From: an uncultured virus (IMG/VR IMGVR_UViG_3300037467_000874)
Taxonomy: Duplodnaviria; Heunggongvirae; Uroviricota; Caudoviricetes
DNA: 55,156 nucleotides
IMG/VR virus record: IMGVR_UViG_3300037467_000874
Reading direction: 5' to 3' (one strand)
This document shows, in pieces, positions 37,629 to 47,692 of this stretch (position 1 is its first letter; the number at the start of each line of letters is the position of its first letter). A program made the translations under genes and the position numbers. The notes under the pieces are model-generated. The model did no database searches. It saw nothing but the letters and a program-made list of their open reading frames with translations, and had not been told where the DNA came from.

Positions 37629-38789
37629 TTATTCTTCAGTGCTTGCCGCCACTTCTTGTTGAGCCGTCAGGTTGAACGTCTCACGCGCAGAAGCTTGCAT
37701 CGTTTTGATACGTCCAGCAACCTTATTCCACTTATGCGTAGCGCTTCCGCAGTAATTGTTGTAAGTCGCTCCGTTCGTGCCATTTTTCTTCTTGTCAACT
37801 ACCAAGAATTGATATGCCCACTTGCCAAATTCGACAGGATCAACGCCAGCCGCCGCTGTTTCTTGTGCTGTCAAGAACAACACTGGAATGTGTACCTTTT
37901 TAAGCATTCTGTTACGGATTTTACGGTTCTTTTCAGCATCCGTACCATCAAATGTTTCAAAAGCTTTTTCAAGGTAATCAATCGTAGCGAAGAAAGGAGT
38001 TTCATCAACAACTGTTTCAATACCAACTTCACGAAGCGAAGAGGCAAATTCTTTGATTTCCTTGGAACCAAGATCACTTTGACGGCCTGCAAGCAACATC
38101 ATAATTTGCATGATAAGCTCATTGTCCGTGTAACGATTCCGTTGAGCTACGCTAATTGAAGCGAAGTCGGAGAAGAATGTCGTTTTGGAAATTTTATCAA
38201 CGAATTCCATCGTCTTCGTTCCAGACATTGCACGTGTCAACTCCATTGCCGTGAGAGGCGAACCAGCATTCAGACGCTGGAAAAGTTCTTCGACTTGTTC
38301 ATCAGTGATATTCTTGATTTCAACAATTGACATGCTATAATCAAGAATGTCATCTTGAAGCTCTTTGTCAAGTTCAGAGAAATACTTACCTTCAACTTCA
38401 ACTTCTTCAATGGCTGTTTGATCTTCTTTTCCTTCAATTTTGATTACGCGCTCCACTGTTACGGAAGGTGTATCTTTGTGAAGCGGGAATTTTTCATTGA
38501 TGAAGTCGAAGATTGTTGTGAAGCGCTGTTTACCATCGATCATCCAAAAGTATCCGTCATCCGTAGCACGAATGAACACCAGAGGAATTGGAAACTCTTC
38601 CATGATGGAGTTGATCAGCATCGATTTTTGAATATCGCTCCATACAGTGTTGCGCTGAATTGCCAGATCGAAGCGATACTTGCTTTCGTTTTTCATGATT
38701 TGTTTGATTGTCTTGGTGGAGTTGGTACGTTTCATCTTGCCTACTACAACACCATTACTTGGAACTGCTACCATTGTTTGATTTGCCAT
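37629..38789 (-). CDS. DUF262 (ParB/Srx-fold, GmrSD N-terminal-like) protein
   Basis: IQRNTVW, LINSIMEEFPIP, IDGKQRFTTI, LFQRLNAGSPL. Confidence 0.85.
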   Translation of the reverse strand: MANQTMVAVPSNGVVVGKMKRTNSTKTIKQIMKNESKYRFDLAIQRNTVWSDIQKSMLINSIMEEFPIPLVFIRATDDGYFWMIDGKQRFTTIFDFINEKFPLHKDTPSVTVERVIKIEGKEDQTAIEEVEVEGKYFSELDKELQDDILDYSMSIVEIKNITDEQVEELFQRLNAGSPLTAMELTRAMSGTKTMEFVDKISKTTFFSDFASISVAQRNRYTDNELIMQIMMLLAGRQSDLGSKEIKEFASSLREVGIETVVDETPFFATIDYLEKAFETFDGTDAEKNRKIRNRMLKKVHIPVLFLTAQETAAAGVDPVEFGKWAYQFLVVDKKKNGTNGATYNNYCGSATHKWNKVAGRIKTMQASARETFNLTAQQEVAASTEE

Positions 38790-38848
38790 CTTTAATCACT
38801 TCTCCTTAGTTTGGTTTGGGTTTTTCTTTCATTCATTACCTTGATTTC

Positions 38849-38877
38849 ATCTTACCATAATCATTTCTTGCTGTCAA
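38849..38877 (-). promoter_or_regulatory. sigmaA-type promoter of the DUF262 gene
   Basis: TTGACA-17 bp-TAAGAT with extended -10 TG. Confidence 0.7.
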
Positions 38878-38964
38878 ACACTTTTTATTAAGTTTATTTG
38901 TCATCTGTCTGACTTAGTTGCCGTTTGTGCTTCATGTTATCATTGTATGCCGCAGTGAACTTTT

Positions 38965-39114
38965 TTATACCTCATATTGTGCGGGAATCTTTTCGTCCAC
39001 CTGCTCTTGATTCATGAAGTCATCAGCTTCAATCATTGCCTTGACGGTACTCACATACTGCTCTGCATTCTCCTTGCCTACGATTGCCGCCAACTTTTCT
39101 TGTGGGTTTTTCAT
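38965..39114 (-). CDS. 49-aa hypothetical protein
   Basis: Manual translation MKNPQEKLAAIVGKENAEQYVSTVKAMIEADDFMNQEQVDEKIPAQYEV; RBS; TTGACA-17 bp-TACAAT at 39172-39200. Confidence 0.55.
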   Translation of the reverse strand: MKNPQEKLAAIVGKENAEQYVSTVKAMIEADDFMNQEQVDEKIPAQYEV

Positions 39115-39132
39115 GATGATCAATCCCTTCGT

Positions 39133-39429
39133 TTAATTTATTCTTTCGTTTGTCGTGTTGTTCATGTTCTTATTGTATGCGATAATCCCCAAAGTGTCAA
39201 ACGTTTTTAAAACTTTATTTTCTAACACTCCCATCCACTTCAGAAGCTGAACCAGACTGTCATAGTCTAGCTTGCGATACGTTCTGTCGTCCATACAATG
39301 CCCTCCAGAACGCCACAAGCCATCATTTAGGGTAAACCCACACCCTATCATGAGGATCGCTTTATACCTCATTTGTGAGCGTCTAAGGGCCATACGTGCT
39401 TCAATGGCGTTATTGATTAGTTGACTCAT
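39133..39429 (-). CDS. Hypothetical protein
   Basis: 98-aa ORF with ATGA overlap. Confidence 0.55.
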   Translation of the reverse strand: MSQLINNAIEARMALRRSQMRYKAILMIGCGFTLNDGLWRSGGHCMDDRTYRKLDYDSLVQLLKWMGVLENKVLKTFDTLGIIAYNKNMNNTTNERIN

Positions 39430-39617
39430 CTGCCCACCAGCTTAGCAAACCCACTTCCAATTAAGTATTCAGCAACTCTCTTCTCAACATTTTGATAAAT
39501 CTTTCCAGCATGATAATGAAGCTTATCCTTCTTTCTAAACGGAATCTTCGTAGTGGAAATAACTTCAATTGTCATTTCAATCATCTCCTTAATAAAGTTT
39601 AAAAATCTTCCTAGCAT
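39426..39617 (-). CDS. Hypothetical protein
   Basis: Short ORF; AGGAG RBS precedes the internal Met. Confidence 0.5.
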   Translation of the reverse strand: MLGRFLNFIKEMIEMTIEVISTTKIPFRKKDKLHYHAGKIYQNVEKRVAEYLIGSGFAKLVGR

Positions 39618-39795
39618 ACTTCTTGTTCTCCAAGAATTCTGCTACGCCTTTCTTACTGTCAGCAAGTCTCATGCACTTAATTGCTTCTTCCTTATTATAT
39701 CCATGCTTACTGATTAAGTATTCCACCAATTTATTATTATCCATTATATTTTCATTTCCCCAAACTTTAAATTGAGACATGCCATCACTCTCCAT
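39589..39795 (-). CDS. Hypothetical protein
   Basis: 68-aa ORF. Confidence 0.5.
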   Translation of the reverse strand: MESDGMSQFKVWGNENIMDNNKLVEYLISKHGYNKEEAIKCMRLADSKKGVAEFLENKKYARKIFKLY

Positions 39796-39839
39796 TTCAT
39801 ATAATAAGGTATATGTACGGTTTCACGCAAAACGGAAAA

Positions 39840-39855
39840 TGTTCCACGTGAAACA
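39840..39855. promoter_or_regulatory. parS: parS site
   Basis: TGTTCCACGTGAAACA. Confidence 0.85.
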
Positions 39856-39862
39856 ATTTATG

Positions 39863-40549
39863 TCACATTACGAATTCTTTCAGTGTGTCATGCGTTTCCT
39901 TAATTGAATACCCCTTACTTACATGATTTTGATAAAATTCCTTAACTTTCTTCTCATTAAGTTTATTGTCAAAACGTCTATCGGCAAAGAAGTCTTCAAA
40001 AGTTTTATAAGAGTATGTTTCACCATAGAAAGTTCCACCATTTTCCAAGAAATTGCCGACATCAACAATAACTGGAAGTCCGTTCTTGATCATTACATTG
40101 TCAGTCTTAGCGTCGAAAGGCAATAATCCTCTCTCAAATGCATATCTCAAACAATTCATATAGTGTTCTGCAAAACCCTTCTTCAAATCAAGGCTATGCA
40201 AAATTGGAGATTGATAATTATAAGTACTCAAATTTTTTGTCATCACTCGCTCGTAAATCATGAATTTTTTATGATGATAAGCATATAATTTAAGGAATGG
40301 AGAATCTTTTCCTTGAAGCTTTAACAAGTTAACAGCATCCCAATTAGATTCTTCATCTTCATTGAAACAACCTGCATAAATTTTAATTGCATAATTCCCA
40401 AGTGCATAAACAATTCCAAATGCGCCATATCCAAGTTTTTTAAGATTATTAATGCCATGTTCATCAATCATTTTTTCAATCTTTTGAACAAGCATCTTAC
40501 TAATGCCGCCGACAATAACAGTTTCATTTTTAATATGTTCCATTGTCAT
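39863..40549 (-). CDS. Ser/Thr protein kinase-like protein
   Basis: LGYGAFGIVY, YAIK, FDAKTDNVM, VIVDVG. Confidence 0.85.
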   Translation of the reverse strand: MTMEHIKNETVIVGGISKMLVQKIEKMIDEHGINNLKKLGYGAFGIVYALGNYAIKIYAGCFNEDEESNWDAVNLLKLQGKDSPFLKLYAYHHKKFMIYERVMTKNLSTYNYQSPILHSLDLKKGFAEHYMNCLRYAFERGLLPFDAKTDNVMIKNGLPVIVDVGNFLENGGTFYGETYSYKTFEDFFADRRFDNKLNEKKVKEFYQNHVSKGYSIKETHDTLKEFVM

Positions 40550-40567
40550 TATCTCCCTTATTGGTTA

Positions 40568-41203
40568 TTAGACTGCAAGTTCAAATTTACAATATTGCTC
40601 CATGAATTCCTTGCACCATCCAAGGCAATAACTCTTGCCGCCAATATTAAATGGAGGGAATTCACCTTTAAGGTAAAATGTTCCAGCATCAACAATAACA
40701 GGAAGGCCGCTTTCATTTATCATGATATTACTTTTCTTTAAATCAGTAAGCTCCACGCCTCTTTTGTCAGCATGCTCAAACGCTTTCTCTAGGTGATATT
40801 TAAAAGCTGGAGAAACTTGAAGTTTATTCTTTAACTTATCGTATTCTACACAATAATCATCTAAAGAGTATCCAATTATTCTTTCCATAATCATAAAATC
40901 TTTATCATGGGCATATACTGTAGGGAAGTACGGAGAACCATTAAGAGCTTCAAGCATTTTACCATCATTGCAATATTGTTCAGCACCAGAAAAATATTTG
41001 ACAGCATAACCTTCATATTCAAATACTTCTCCATTACACCCACCACCAATTTGCTTAGTGAAGTAGCTTGACAAAGGTTTATACATACTTGCTCTTTCAT
41101 AGTTGTCAATGTAACCTTCTCTGCCTTTTTCATATTCTTCGATTGCCTTAGCTACATAATCAACAATGGATTGATTGATAGTTTGGACAATTTTCAAGGT
41201 CAT
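40568..41203 (-). CDS. Ser/Thr protein kinase-like protein (paralog)
   Basis: IGGGCNGEVF, YAVK, IMERI, TDLKKSNIM, VIVDAG. Confidence 0.85.
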   Translation of the reverse strand: MTLKIVQTINQSIVDYVAKAIEEYEKGREGYIDNYERASMYKPLSSYFTKQIGGGCNGEVFEYEGYAVKYFSGAEQYCNDGKMLEALNGSPYFPTVYAHDKDFMIMERIIGYSLDDYCVEYDKLKNKLQVSPAFKYHLEKAFEHADKRGVELTDLKKSNIMINESGLPVIVDAGTFYLKGEFPPFNIGGKSYCLGWCKEFMEQYCKFELAV

Positions 41204-41240
41204 CTAAATCATCTCTCCTAAGATTTATTTTATCTTACAT

Positions 41241-41909
41241 CTATTCTATAAGTCCAATTACAGCACGCGCCAAACTTCTAATGGCAGATTGAATAGATTC
41301 TAGTTCTTTGGCAAAGTTAGCAATTATTGCTTCATTCTCAGCAATAATTTCTTTTTCTATTGCAATTTTCTTCTTAGAAACGGTTTTAAGAATATTTAAT
41401 TTAGAAGTATAAATTTTAGCGTAAGCATCAGTTTCAATAATAGGTTTCTTTTTTAATAATCCACGTTCTTTACGTAATGCTTTACGCAATTCTGAATTGT
41501 ACATATTTTTAACTTTATCTTTTAACACTTCTGCGAATGTCATTGTTCTGACATTGTAAACTGTTAAAATTTCCAGAAAGTCCAAACTTACAATAATGCA
41601 AATATGTCCTGAAGTTCCTCTTACTCCATACATACAAGCTCTTCTTTCAGTCTCTTCGCATACAGTTTCAGAAATAAAGATTGCACGTTTTAAAAGATTC
41701 CTGAAGTGTTCTAATGCCACTGGCTCTTCCTTAAGTCCAAAGCGTGATTTTGCACGACTGTAGGCATGGTCAGTCATTAGAATAACATCAGGATTCAATC
41801 CCTTCTTAGCTCCTTCAATAACGCTTTCAGCAACTCCATTAATTTTATTAAGCATAGATGGATTAAGAAGTTCAGCAATTGCAACAGACATTTTCATTAC
41901 CTCTTTCAT
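41241..41909 (-). CDS. Hypothetical protein (TDHAYSR motif, C-terminal coiled coil)
   Basis: 222-aa ORF; TTGACA-17 bp-TAGATT promoter at 41931-41959. Confidence 0.7.
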   Translation of the reverse strand: MKEVMKMSVAIAELLNPSMLNKINGVAESVIEGAKKGLNPDVILMTDHAYSRAKSRFGLKEEPVALEHFRNLLKRAIFISETVCEETERRACMYGVRGTSGHICIIVSLDFLEILTVYNVRTMTFAEVLKDKVKNMYNSELRKALRKERGLLKKKPIIETDAYAKIYTSKLNILKTVSKKKIAIEKEIIAENEAIIANFAKELESIQSAIRSLARAVIGLIE

Positions 41910-41955
41910 TTGTTTTATTTTATATCTATAAATCTATTAAAAATAACAATACTTG

Positions 41956-42231
41956 TCAACTACTAATTTTAGCTGGATAATATTCTGCTTCGACTAGAAA
42001 ATTATAGGCTCTTTCAATAGAGCGTTTGCAAGCCTCTATAACTTGTTCATCAGTAGTAGAGTTAATTTTGTCAAGCATTCTATCAATTTGTTCAAGGTTT
42101 TGTCTAATCTTTCGTTCACAGAACATGCTTTCAAGTTTTAAATGCGGCATAGTCTTCCTGTCAGCCAATTCGAAATCACGTTTAAACATACTTTCGTCCT
42201 TGTAATGTTCATCAGAAATAAAATGCTTCAT
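41956..42231 (-). CDS. Hypothetical protein
   Basis: 91-aa ORF with AGGAG RBS. Confidence 0.6.
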   Translation of the reverse strand: MKHFISDEHYKDESMFKRDFELADRKTMPHLKLESMFCERKIRQNLEQIDRMLDKINSTTDEQVIEACKRSIERAYNFLVEAEYYPAKISS

Positions 42232-42631
42232 ATTAACACTCTCCTATTAGAATAATATGTAGAGCGGCAAATAGCCGCTCACTATTTTGTCAAGAAGTTT
42301 GGGACACTATAAAATTCCTTATATTGCTTGGCTTCACTGGGAAGCCGCATCTGTTTTCCCACGAAAATCGTTCTATATTATCCCACGAAACGCCAGTAAC
42401 TTTGGATTTATCTGTAATCTGCTTAGTTCCATTTGGATAATTAGTTTTTTTCGTAAGCATCTTCCATGATAATTACAATTTCTCTCTCGCCATCTGTAAT
42501 GGTTACATAGACTTCATTCGTTCCATCAATAAGAATTTTTTTGATAACGTCATACTCTTCCTTGGATACTTGAATCATTTTGTTACTACTCCCTTCTAAA
42601 TTGAACTCACATTTTATTTAGACTAAATTTA

Positions 42632-43072
42632 TTACCAATTATTATTAGCCGCTTTCTTTTGTTCTGCTTTAACCTTTTCTCTTGCTGTTTTGTTAGCGGC
42701 CCACAACCATTTTTTAGCAAGATCGCCATTCACATATTCCTGCACTTCGTCAATTGTTTTTGCCAAATTCTTAAAGAAGTTTTCCGTTCTATAATGAGTT
42801 TTAAAGTTCTTGAACTTTACTTCATCTTCCGTTTTAATCCAAAGTTGAACACGAACAGCATCCTTTCCAGCGTCACGTGCTTCATTGTTTTGTCCGCTTG
42901 GAATGGTGGAGTAGATAAGACAGTGAATTGCAGGATTGGCAGTAGATAAGTCATACATGATTTCATACACGCCTGTCTTCTTGACTGTTTTAACCTTCAA
43001 TTCATTCATGTGTGCAATTGCATCAAGTTCAAGCTCAAACTCTTCACGTGTGAATGGCACATAATTTGGCAT
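42632..43072 (-). CDS. Hypothetical phage protein
   Basis: 146 aa; YSTI...RDAGKDAVRV motif; TTGACA-17 bp-TAAAAT promoter at 43106-43134. Confidence 0.7.
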   Translation of the reverse strand: MPNYVPFTREEFELELDAIAHMNELKVKTVKKTGVYEIMYDLSTANPAIHCLIYSTIPSGQNNEARDAGKDAVRVQLWIKTEDEVKFKNFKTHYRTENFFKNLAKTIDEVQEYVNGDLAKKWLWAANKTAREKVKAEQKKAANNNW

Positions 43073-43159
43073 TGTCCATCTCTCCTTTGTTATTCTGTTA
43101 CTTGTATTTTATTCCCGATTCCTAATAATGTCAAGACAAATATAAGAAAAAATTTTAAT

Positions 43160-43175
43160 TGTTTCACGTAGAACA
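43160..43175. promoter_or_regulatory. parS: parS-like site (variant)
   Basis: TGTTTCACGTAGAACA. Confidence 0.65.
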
Positions 43176-43176
43176 A

Positions 43177-43722
43177 TTAATTATGTTTGCCAGTTTTAAA
43201 TTCTGTAACATACAGGCCATAACGTTCAATTTCAACTTTAGCCTTGTTCAAGTGCTCAACACCTTCACTCACTTTAGAAGAATCAGAATTGTCAAGCCCT
43301 TCTTTCAGTAGCAAAATAGCATTATATTGTTCAGTAGTAGCTTCAAGGAAGGCATCGTGAACATCTTTCAGGCGTTCAGGATAAGGTTGTGCCTTAAGAA
43401 TTTCAATATACAATCTGTATACTTCCGTAATATCAGAAAATTGCTTTTGCCACAATTCCGTATCTTTAAGACTAAGACTGTCAAGCAATTGTTTAAGCGC
43501 ATCCAGTGACGTTTGCATATTGTTCATGTAACTACTTAAATCATCAAGATATTTCTGTTCATCAGCAGTAATAAGCGAAGCGTCAACCTGTTCAACCTTT
43601 ACATTTTGTTGCAATGCAGATTTGTTGCTGTTTAGTACGTTTCCATTGCTACCACAAGCAGACAGTGCGAACGTCATTGCAATTGCAGTGCTAATAACAA
43701 AACCCTTTTTCACTTTAATCAT
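43177..43722 (-). CDS. Lipoprotein
   Basis: Signal peptide with lipobox LSA-C; helical body. Confidence 0.8.
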   Translation of the reverse strand: MIKVKKGFVISTAIAMTFALSACGSNGNVLNSNKSALQQNVKVEQVDASLITADEQKYLDDLSSYMNNMQTSLDALKQLLDSLSLKDTELWQKQFSDITEVYRLYIEILKAQPYPERLKDVHDAFLEATTEQYNAILLLKEGLDNSDSSKVSEGVEHLNKAKVEIERYGLYVTEFKTGKHN

Positions 43723-43784
43723 CTCCCTTAATTTTTTTGGTCACGCGACACAAAAGAGGCGCATAGTTAGCGCCTCTTCACTGT

Positions 43785-44027
43785 TTAATACACTTTCTTT
43801 TCTTCTCCTGTCCACGCCTTAACTTGTTCTTGGACCATTGAAATGACACCTTTTGTAAGCTTTGCAGGTTTCATCCCTTTGATAGTCGTGACTAGTATTC
43901 TGTCCTTTTGATCAGGAATTTGGAAATGGACATAATGCCGTTTGCCAGCCTTATCATACAGGAATGCATTGCCTACAATGATTGACTTCTCCATTGTCCA
44001 AGTCGCATTAGCCGTTGCCGTTGTCAC
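43785..44027 (-). CDS. Hypothetical protein between two repeat elements
   Basis: 80-aa ORF between cores at 43751 and 44069. Confidence 0.65.
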   Translation of the reverse strand: MTTATANATWTMEKSIIVGNAFLYDKAGKRHYVHFQIPDQKDRILVTTIKGMKPAKLTKGVISMVQEQVKAWTGEEKKVY

Positions 44028-44128
44028 TGTTCATCACTCCACGTTGTTATTTGCGGTTATCCGCTACACTATTATTCTATTAATGAGAGAGTAGCTTTAT
44101 GCTACTCTCTCAAATTATTTTTACTGCC

Positions 44129-44335
44129 TTACCATTCCATATTTTCAGAAATTACTTCCTCCAATTTAACCGCTACTTTTTCCCAAAATCTAATAAGTTC
44201 AATGTAATAAAAGGCAACCACTTCACTTTGTCGTCTTGCATGCAGTGTTCTCATGTCTTCTAATTGCTTCAATTCAGCTTTTAATTCTTCTCCATCTGGA
44301 AGTGCATTGAATACTTTATCTATATTGTTCATCAC
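44129..44335 (-). CDS. Hypothetical protein
   Basis: 68-aa ORF with GGGGAGG RBS. Confidence 0.6.
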   Translation of the reverse strand: MMNNIDKVFNALPDGEELKAELKQLEDMRTLHARRQSEVVAFYYIELIRFWEKVAVKLEEVISENMEW

Positions 44336-44362
44336 AATTCCTCCCCAAAGGGAAGAAGCGGC

Positions 44363-46417
44363 TTAAACCGCTTCTTCCTCATTTTCTTCAATTTCTTTGT
44401 CTTCATCAATAACAGCTTCTAATCCCATTTCTTCAATGAATCGACTAGCACCACAATCTTTTCCATTGAATGTTGACGTTGAAGAGAGGAAGCATAACTG
44501 TTTAGCACGTGTTACCAGCACATAAGCAAGTCTTCTTTCCTCTTCAATTGCTGAATCATCACCACAAATTTCCTTTTCAATTGACTTGTAGTGCGGAAGA
44601 AGATTTTCATTTACACCAATTCCAAAAACAACTTCAGCCTCTAATCCTTTACTACGATGAACTGACATCATCTGAACGCCATTGACACTAGAACGTCTTT
44701 TCTTAATCATCATGTCAACATATTTCACAAGACTGTCAAGCTTTTCAAAACGGCTTGCAAAGTGAATCATTTTGTTAACGATTGGATTTTCCTTTTCTTC
44801 TTCGTCTTCATCATCATTCTTTTTCAAATGTTCAGCATAACCATTTTCAAGCAAGTATTTAATTAAATCTGCCGCCGTTTTGTTATCTTCTTTCATAAGC
44901 TGTTTCATGCTGTTAACCAATACTTTGAAGCTGTTACTTGCTGTTTTTTCTGTAGGCGTAAGATTTACTTTGTTTACTGCATCCCACAAAGAACACCCTT
45001 TAACTGCCTTCAATTTAGCAAGGTATGCTTTACCTACATAGCGGCTTGGAGTATTGTATACTCGTTCAAATGCTTCATCGTCACTTGTATTCAGTACAAG
45101 ACGAAGGTATGACATAATATCTTTTACTTCTTTGCGCTCATAAAATGACATACCGCCATGAATAACGTATGGAATGCCATTAGAGATAAGAACATCTTCA
45201 AATTCTTTGTTTTGAGCATTGGTACGATAAAGTACAAACATGTCTTTGTATTCAATGCCTTTAATTTCTTTCAACGTCTTAATTTCCTCTACTGCCTCAT
45301 TTGCTTCTTCTGTTTCATTTTTATGGTGCGAGTAGAAAACAGCCTTGCCATCTGCTTGACTATGCGGAATAAGCTTCTTTTGAATTCTGAATTTGTTATT
45401 TTCAATTAGTTTGTTTGCAACATTCAGAATTTCAGGATGGCTACGATAATTATGCTCCAAGCCAATCATTTGAACATTTGAAAACAGTTTGTCAAATTGT
45501 ACGAAAGATTCAGGCGAAGCGCCACGAAAGCTATACATGGATTGATCGTCATCACCAACAACAAAAATGTTGTTTTCAGGATGAATAAGTTTTTTTGCTA
45601 ATTCGTATTGCGTAGGATTGTTGTCTTGTGTTTCGTCAATCATAATGTACTTAATTTTACCTTGATACTTTTTAAGAATTTCTGGATGTTCACGAAACAA
45701 ACGAACAGTGAGGAAAAGCATATCATCACCATCAATTGCAAGCCTTGCATATTTCATTTGTTCATATTGCTTGTAAAAGTTAATGTATGCCCACATTGTA
45801 GGAGAGGCATCCATTGCGTGTTCTGCTTCAAATTGATTGCAATCCATACCTTTGTTCTTTGCATTCCCAACTACTGCTAACAACACTTTGTTGTGTGCAT
45901 CTTTTAATGCCTTCTTTACGTCTGCTTCAATCATAAAGCTTTTAAGCAAGTTCTGTTTTACTTCTTCAGCAAACCACATTTGACTGTTACCAATAAGAAC
46001 ACCGGGATTTTTTGCATCACGCTTCGGATTGCAAAAGTCCTGCAAAGGATGGTTCATTGCTTTGTATTCACGTGCCAATACTTTATAGCCAAACGAGTGA
46101 GAAGTGCCACAAAACATTGCTTCTAAATCTGTTTTACTAATAAGAGGCTTCAAACGTTCTTCCATTTCAGTAGCGGCTTTTTTAGTGAATGTCATAAGTG
46201 CAATTGAATCAGAAATGATGTTAAGTACGTTAATCATGTACGCTGTTCGCGTAGTAAGTACGCGCGTTTTTCCACTTCCCGCTACTGCACAAATTTGAAT
46301 TGCACCTTCCGTTGCAAGAACAGCTTTCAATTGCGATTCATTCAATCCTTTGAGTAATTCATCTTTCATTGGTACTACAACCTTTTTTGGTGTACGTGCC
46401 ATCTTCATCATCTCCAT
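44363..46417 (-). CDS. pcrA: UvrD/PcrA-family SF1 DNA helicase
   Basis: AVAGSGKTRVL, TFTKKAA, IDETQD, VGDDDQSMYSFRGA, NYRS, LYRTNAQ, SVHRSKGLE, EEERRLAYVLVTRAK. Confidence 0.93.
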   Translation of the reverse strand: MEMMKMARTPKKVVVPMKDELLKGLNESQLKAVLATEGAIQICAVAGSGKTRVLTTRTAYMINVLNIISDSIALMTFTKKAATEMEERLKPLISKTDLEAMFCGTSHSFGYKVLAREYKAMNHPLQDFCNPKRDAKNPGVLIGNSQMWFAEEVKQNLLKSFMIEADVKKALKDAHNKVLLAVVGNAKNKGMDCNQFEAEHAMDASPTMWAYINFYKQYEQMKYARLAIDGDDMLFLTVRLFREHPEILKKYQGKIKYIMIDETQDNNPTQYELAKKLIHPENNIFVVGDDDQSMYSFRGASPESFVQFDKLFSNVQMIGLEHNYRSHPEILNVANKLIENNKFRIQKKLIPHSQADGKAVFYSHHKNETEEANEAVEEIKTLKEIKGIEYKDMFVLYRTNAQNKEFEDVLISNGIPYVIHGGMSFYERKEVKDIMSYLRLVLNTSDDEAFERVYNTPSRYVGKAYLAKLKAVKGCSLWDAVNKVNLTPTEKTASNSFKVLVNSMKQLMKEDNKTAADLIKYLLENGYAEHLKKNDDEDEEEKENPIVNKMIHFASRFEKLDSLVKYVDMMIKKRRSSVNGVQMMSVHRSKGLEAEVVFGIGVNENLLPHYKSIEKEICGDDSAIEEERRLAYVLVTRAKQLCFLSSTSTFNGKDCGASRFIEEMGLEAVIDEDKEIEENEEEAV

Positions 46418-46453
46418 TAGCTTGTTTTATATTGCATTTGTCTAACTCTTATT

Positions 46454-46483
46454 AGTATACACGTATCCCGTTGAATTATGCAA
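46454..46483 (-). promoter_or_regulatory. Probable sigmaA-type promoter of the helicase gene
   Basis: TTGCAT-18 bp-TATACT. Confidence 0.5.
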
Positions 46484-46533
46484 GTCCATCATCATTTATT
46501 TTTGTATTTGTGTATACCGCGACACTGCTCGCA

Positions 46534-46824
46534 TTATGCGAGCACGTGAATTGAATCAATGATTGGACTATCTTCATCGTTAAGATTGAATATTCCGTAA
46601 TAATCAATTTCTTCGCCCAACTCATGAATTCCCCATTCAATCAATTCCTTCGCCACACGTTCATTGCTCCAATGTTTAGGCGTCGAATATGATTCGCCTT
46701 CAAAGACTTTGTTGTCTTCCATTTTAACAACGAAGCGCCAATAAGTACGTGTAATATCTGAATCAACTTCAACTATTTGTCCTTTAGACATACCACATTC
46801 GAATACAATAATCATTTCAATCAT
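46534..46824 (-). CDS. Cassette gene, hypothetical
   Basis: Between cores 46525 and 46852; stop codon lies within the hairpin. Confidence 0.7.
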   Translation of the reverse strand: MIEMIIVFECGMSKGQIVEVDSDITRTYWRFVVKMEDNKVFEGESYSTPKHWSNERVAKELIEWGIHELGEEIDYYGIFNLNDEDSPIIDSIHVLA

Positions 46825-46881
46825 CCCCTAAAGTTTAATGGTACCGCAACACAAGCGGACAATTAATGTCCGCTGTTTAGG

Positions 46882-47319
46882 TTAAATCATTCTATTCAGT
46901 TTCATTGAAGCAAGCAAGCGTAATGCATTTTCAAACAATAATGTAAGTTGAACATCTGTTTGATTGTAGTCGAATGGAATCTTTTTGCCGTCATACGTCC
47001 CAGCATTATATCCAACACGTAAACTAACATCCTTTTCCCATGTCTTTCTATTGTAAGTATCAGAAATTGCAATTTTCCATCCATCACTACTCCATGAAGT
47101 AGGACGATCGGCAATGCGAATCAATGCACCATAACAGCGGTCATTATTATTAATTGCATCTTTTGTTTCCACAACTTTAAAGATTGATTTAAATTCTGTC
47201 ATGTGCTTGTAACAGATGGAAAGGAAAAGTTGTTCAACTTCTTCCTTTCTTACATGTGTAGCATTAACAGCGTTTTGTTTTTCTTCTGCACGTTTTACTA
47301 CATCTGCTAACAATTTCAT
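46882..47319 (-). CDS. Cassette gene, hypothetical (start moved to the second Met)
   Basis: The MDDK prefix in the ORF track derives from the repeat's RBS segment. Confidence 0.7.
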   Translation of the reverse strand: MKLLADVVKRAEEKQNAVNATHVRKEEVEQLFLSICYKHMTEFKSIFKVVETKDAINNNDRCYGALIRIADRPTSWSSDGWKIAISDTYNRKTWEKDVSLRVGYNAGTYDGKKIPFDYNQTDVQLTLLFENALRLLASMKLNRMI

Positions 47320-47348
47320 TTTATCATCCATCCTCTATTGTTTGATAA

Positions 47349-47364
47349 TGTTCCACGTGGAACA
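47349..47364. promoter_or_regulatory. parS: parS site inside repeat element
   Basis: TGTTCCACGTGGAACA. Confidence 0.85.
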
Positions 47365-47392
47365 ATGCGAAGTCCGCAACACAAAACCCGCT

Positions 47393-47692
47393 TTATTCGG
47401 CGGGTTTAGTAATGTTTTTAAAATATTCTTGGAATTCTTCTAATCTTCCAGCCTTTTGAATCTCACCAATTGTTAATGTTAAATCATCGAATGTAGCAGT
47501 TTTTACATATTCTAATCTGTCTGCAAGCATCTTTTCCTTTGACCCATTAGTCTTGTTCTTTGCAATTACACATTTTTCTCTAATATGATACTCCAGCATA
47601 TTTCTACCGAAATATTTTTTACAATGTGGACATTCTGCTTTTGTATAAGCCACTTTTCTTCTGCCCATTTTACAACACCTTCCATTCTCCAT
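47393..47692 (-). CDS. Cassette gene with zinc-finger-like motif
   Basis: CPHCKKYF...LEYHIREKC; stop in hairpin loop; likely start MGRRK. Confidence 0.7.
   Translation of the reverse strand: MENGRCCKMGRRKVAYTKAECPHCKKYFGRNMLEYHIREKCVIAKNKTNGSKEKMLADRLEYVKTATFDDLTLTIGEIQKAGRLEEFQEYFKNITKPAE

Noticed and set aside
42263..42293. Hairpin GAGCGGC-AAATA-GCCGCTC as another array element or a promoter
   Set aside because: It lacks the ACAC core and RBS segment, and the nearby TTGACA has no -10 at the proper spacing.
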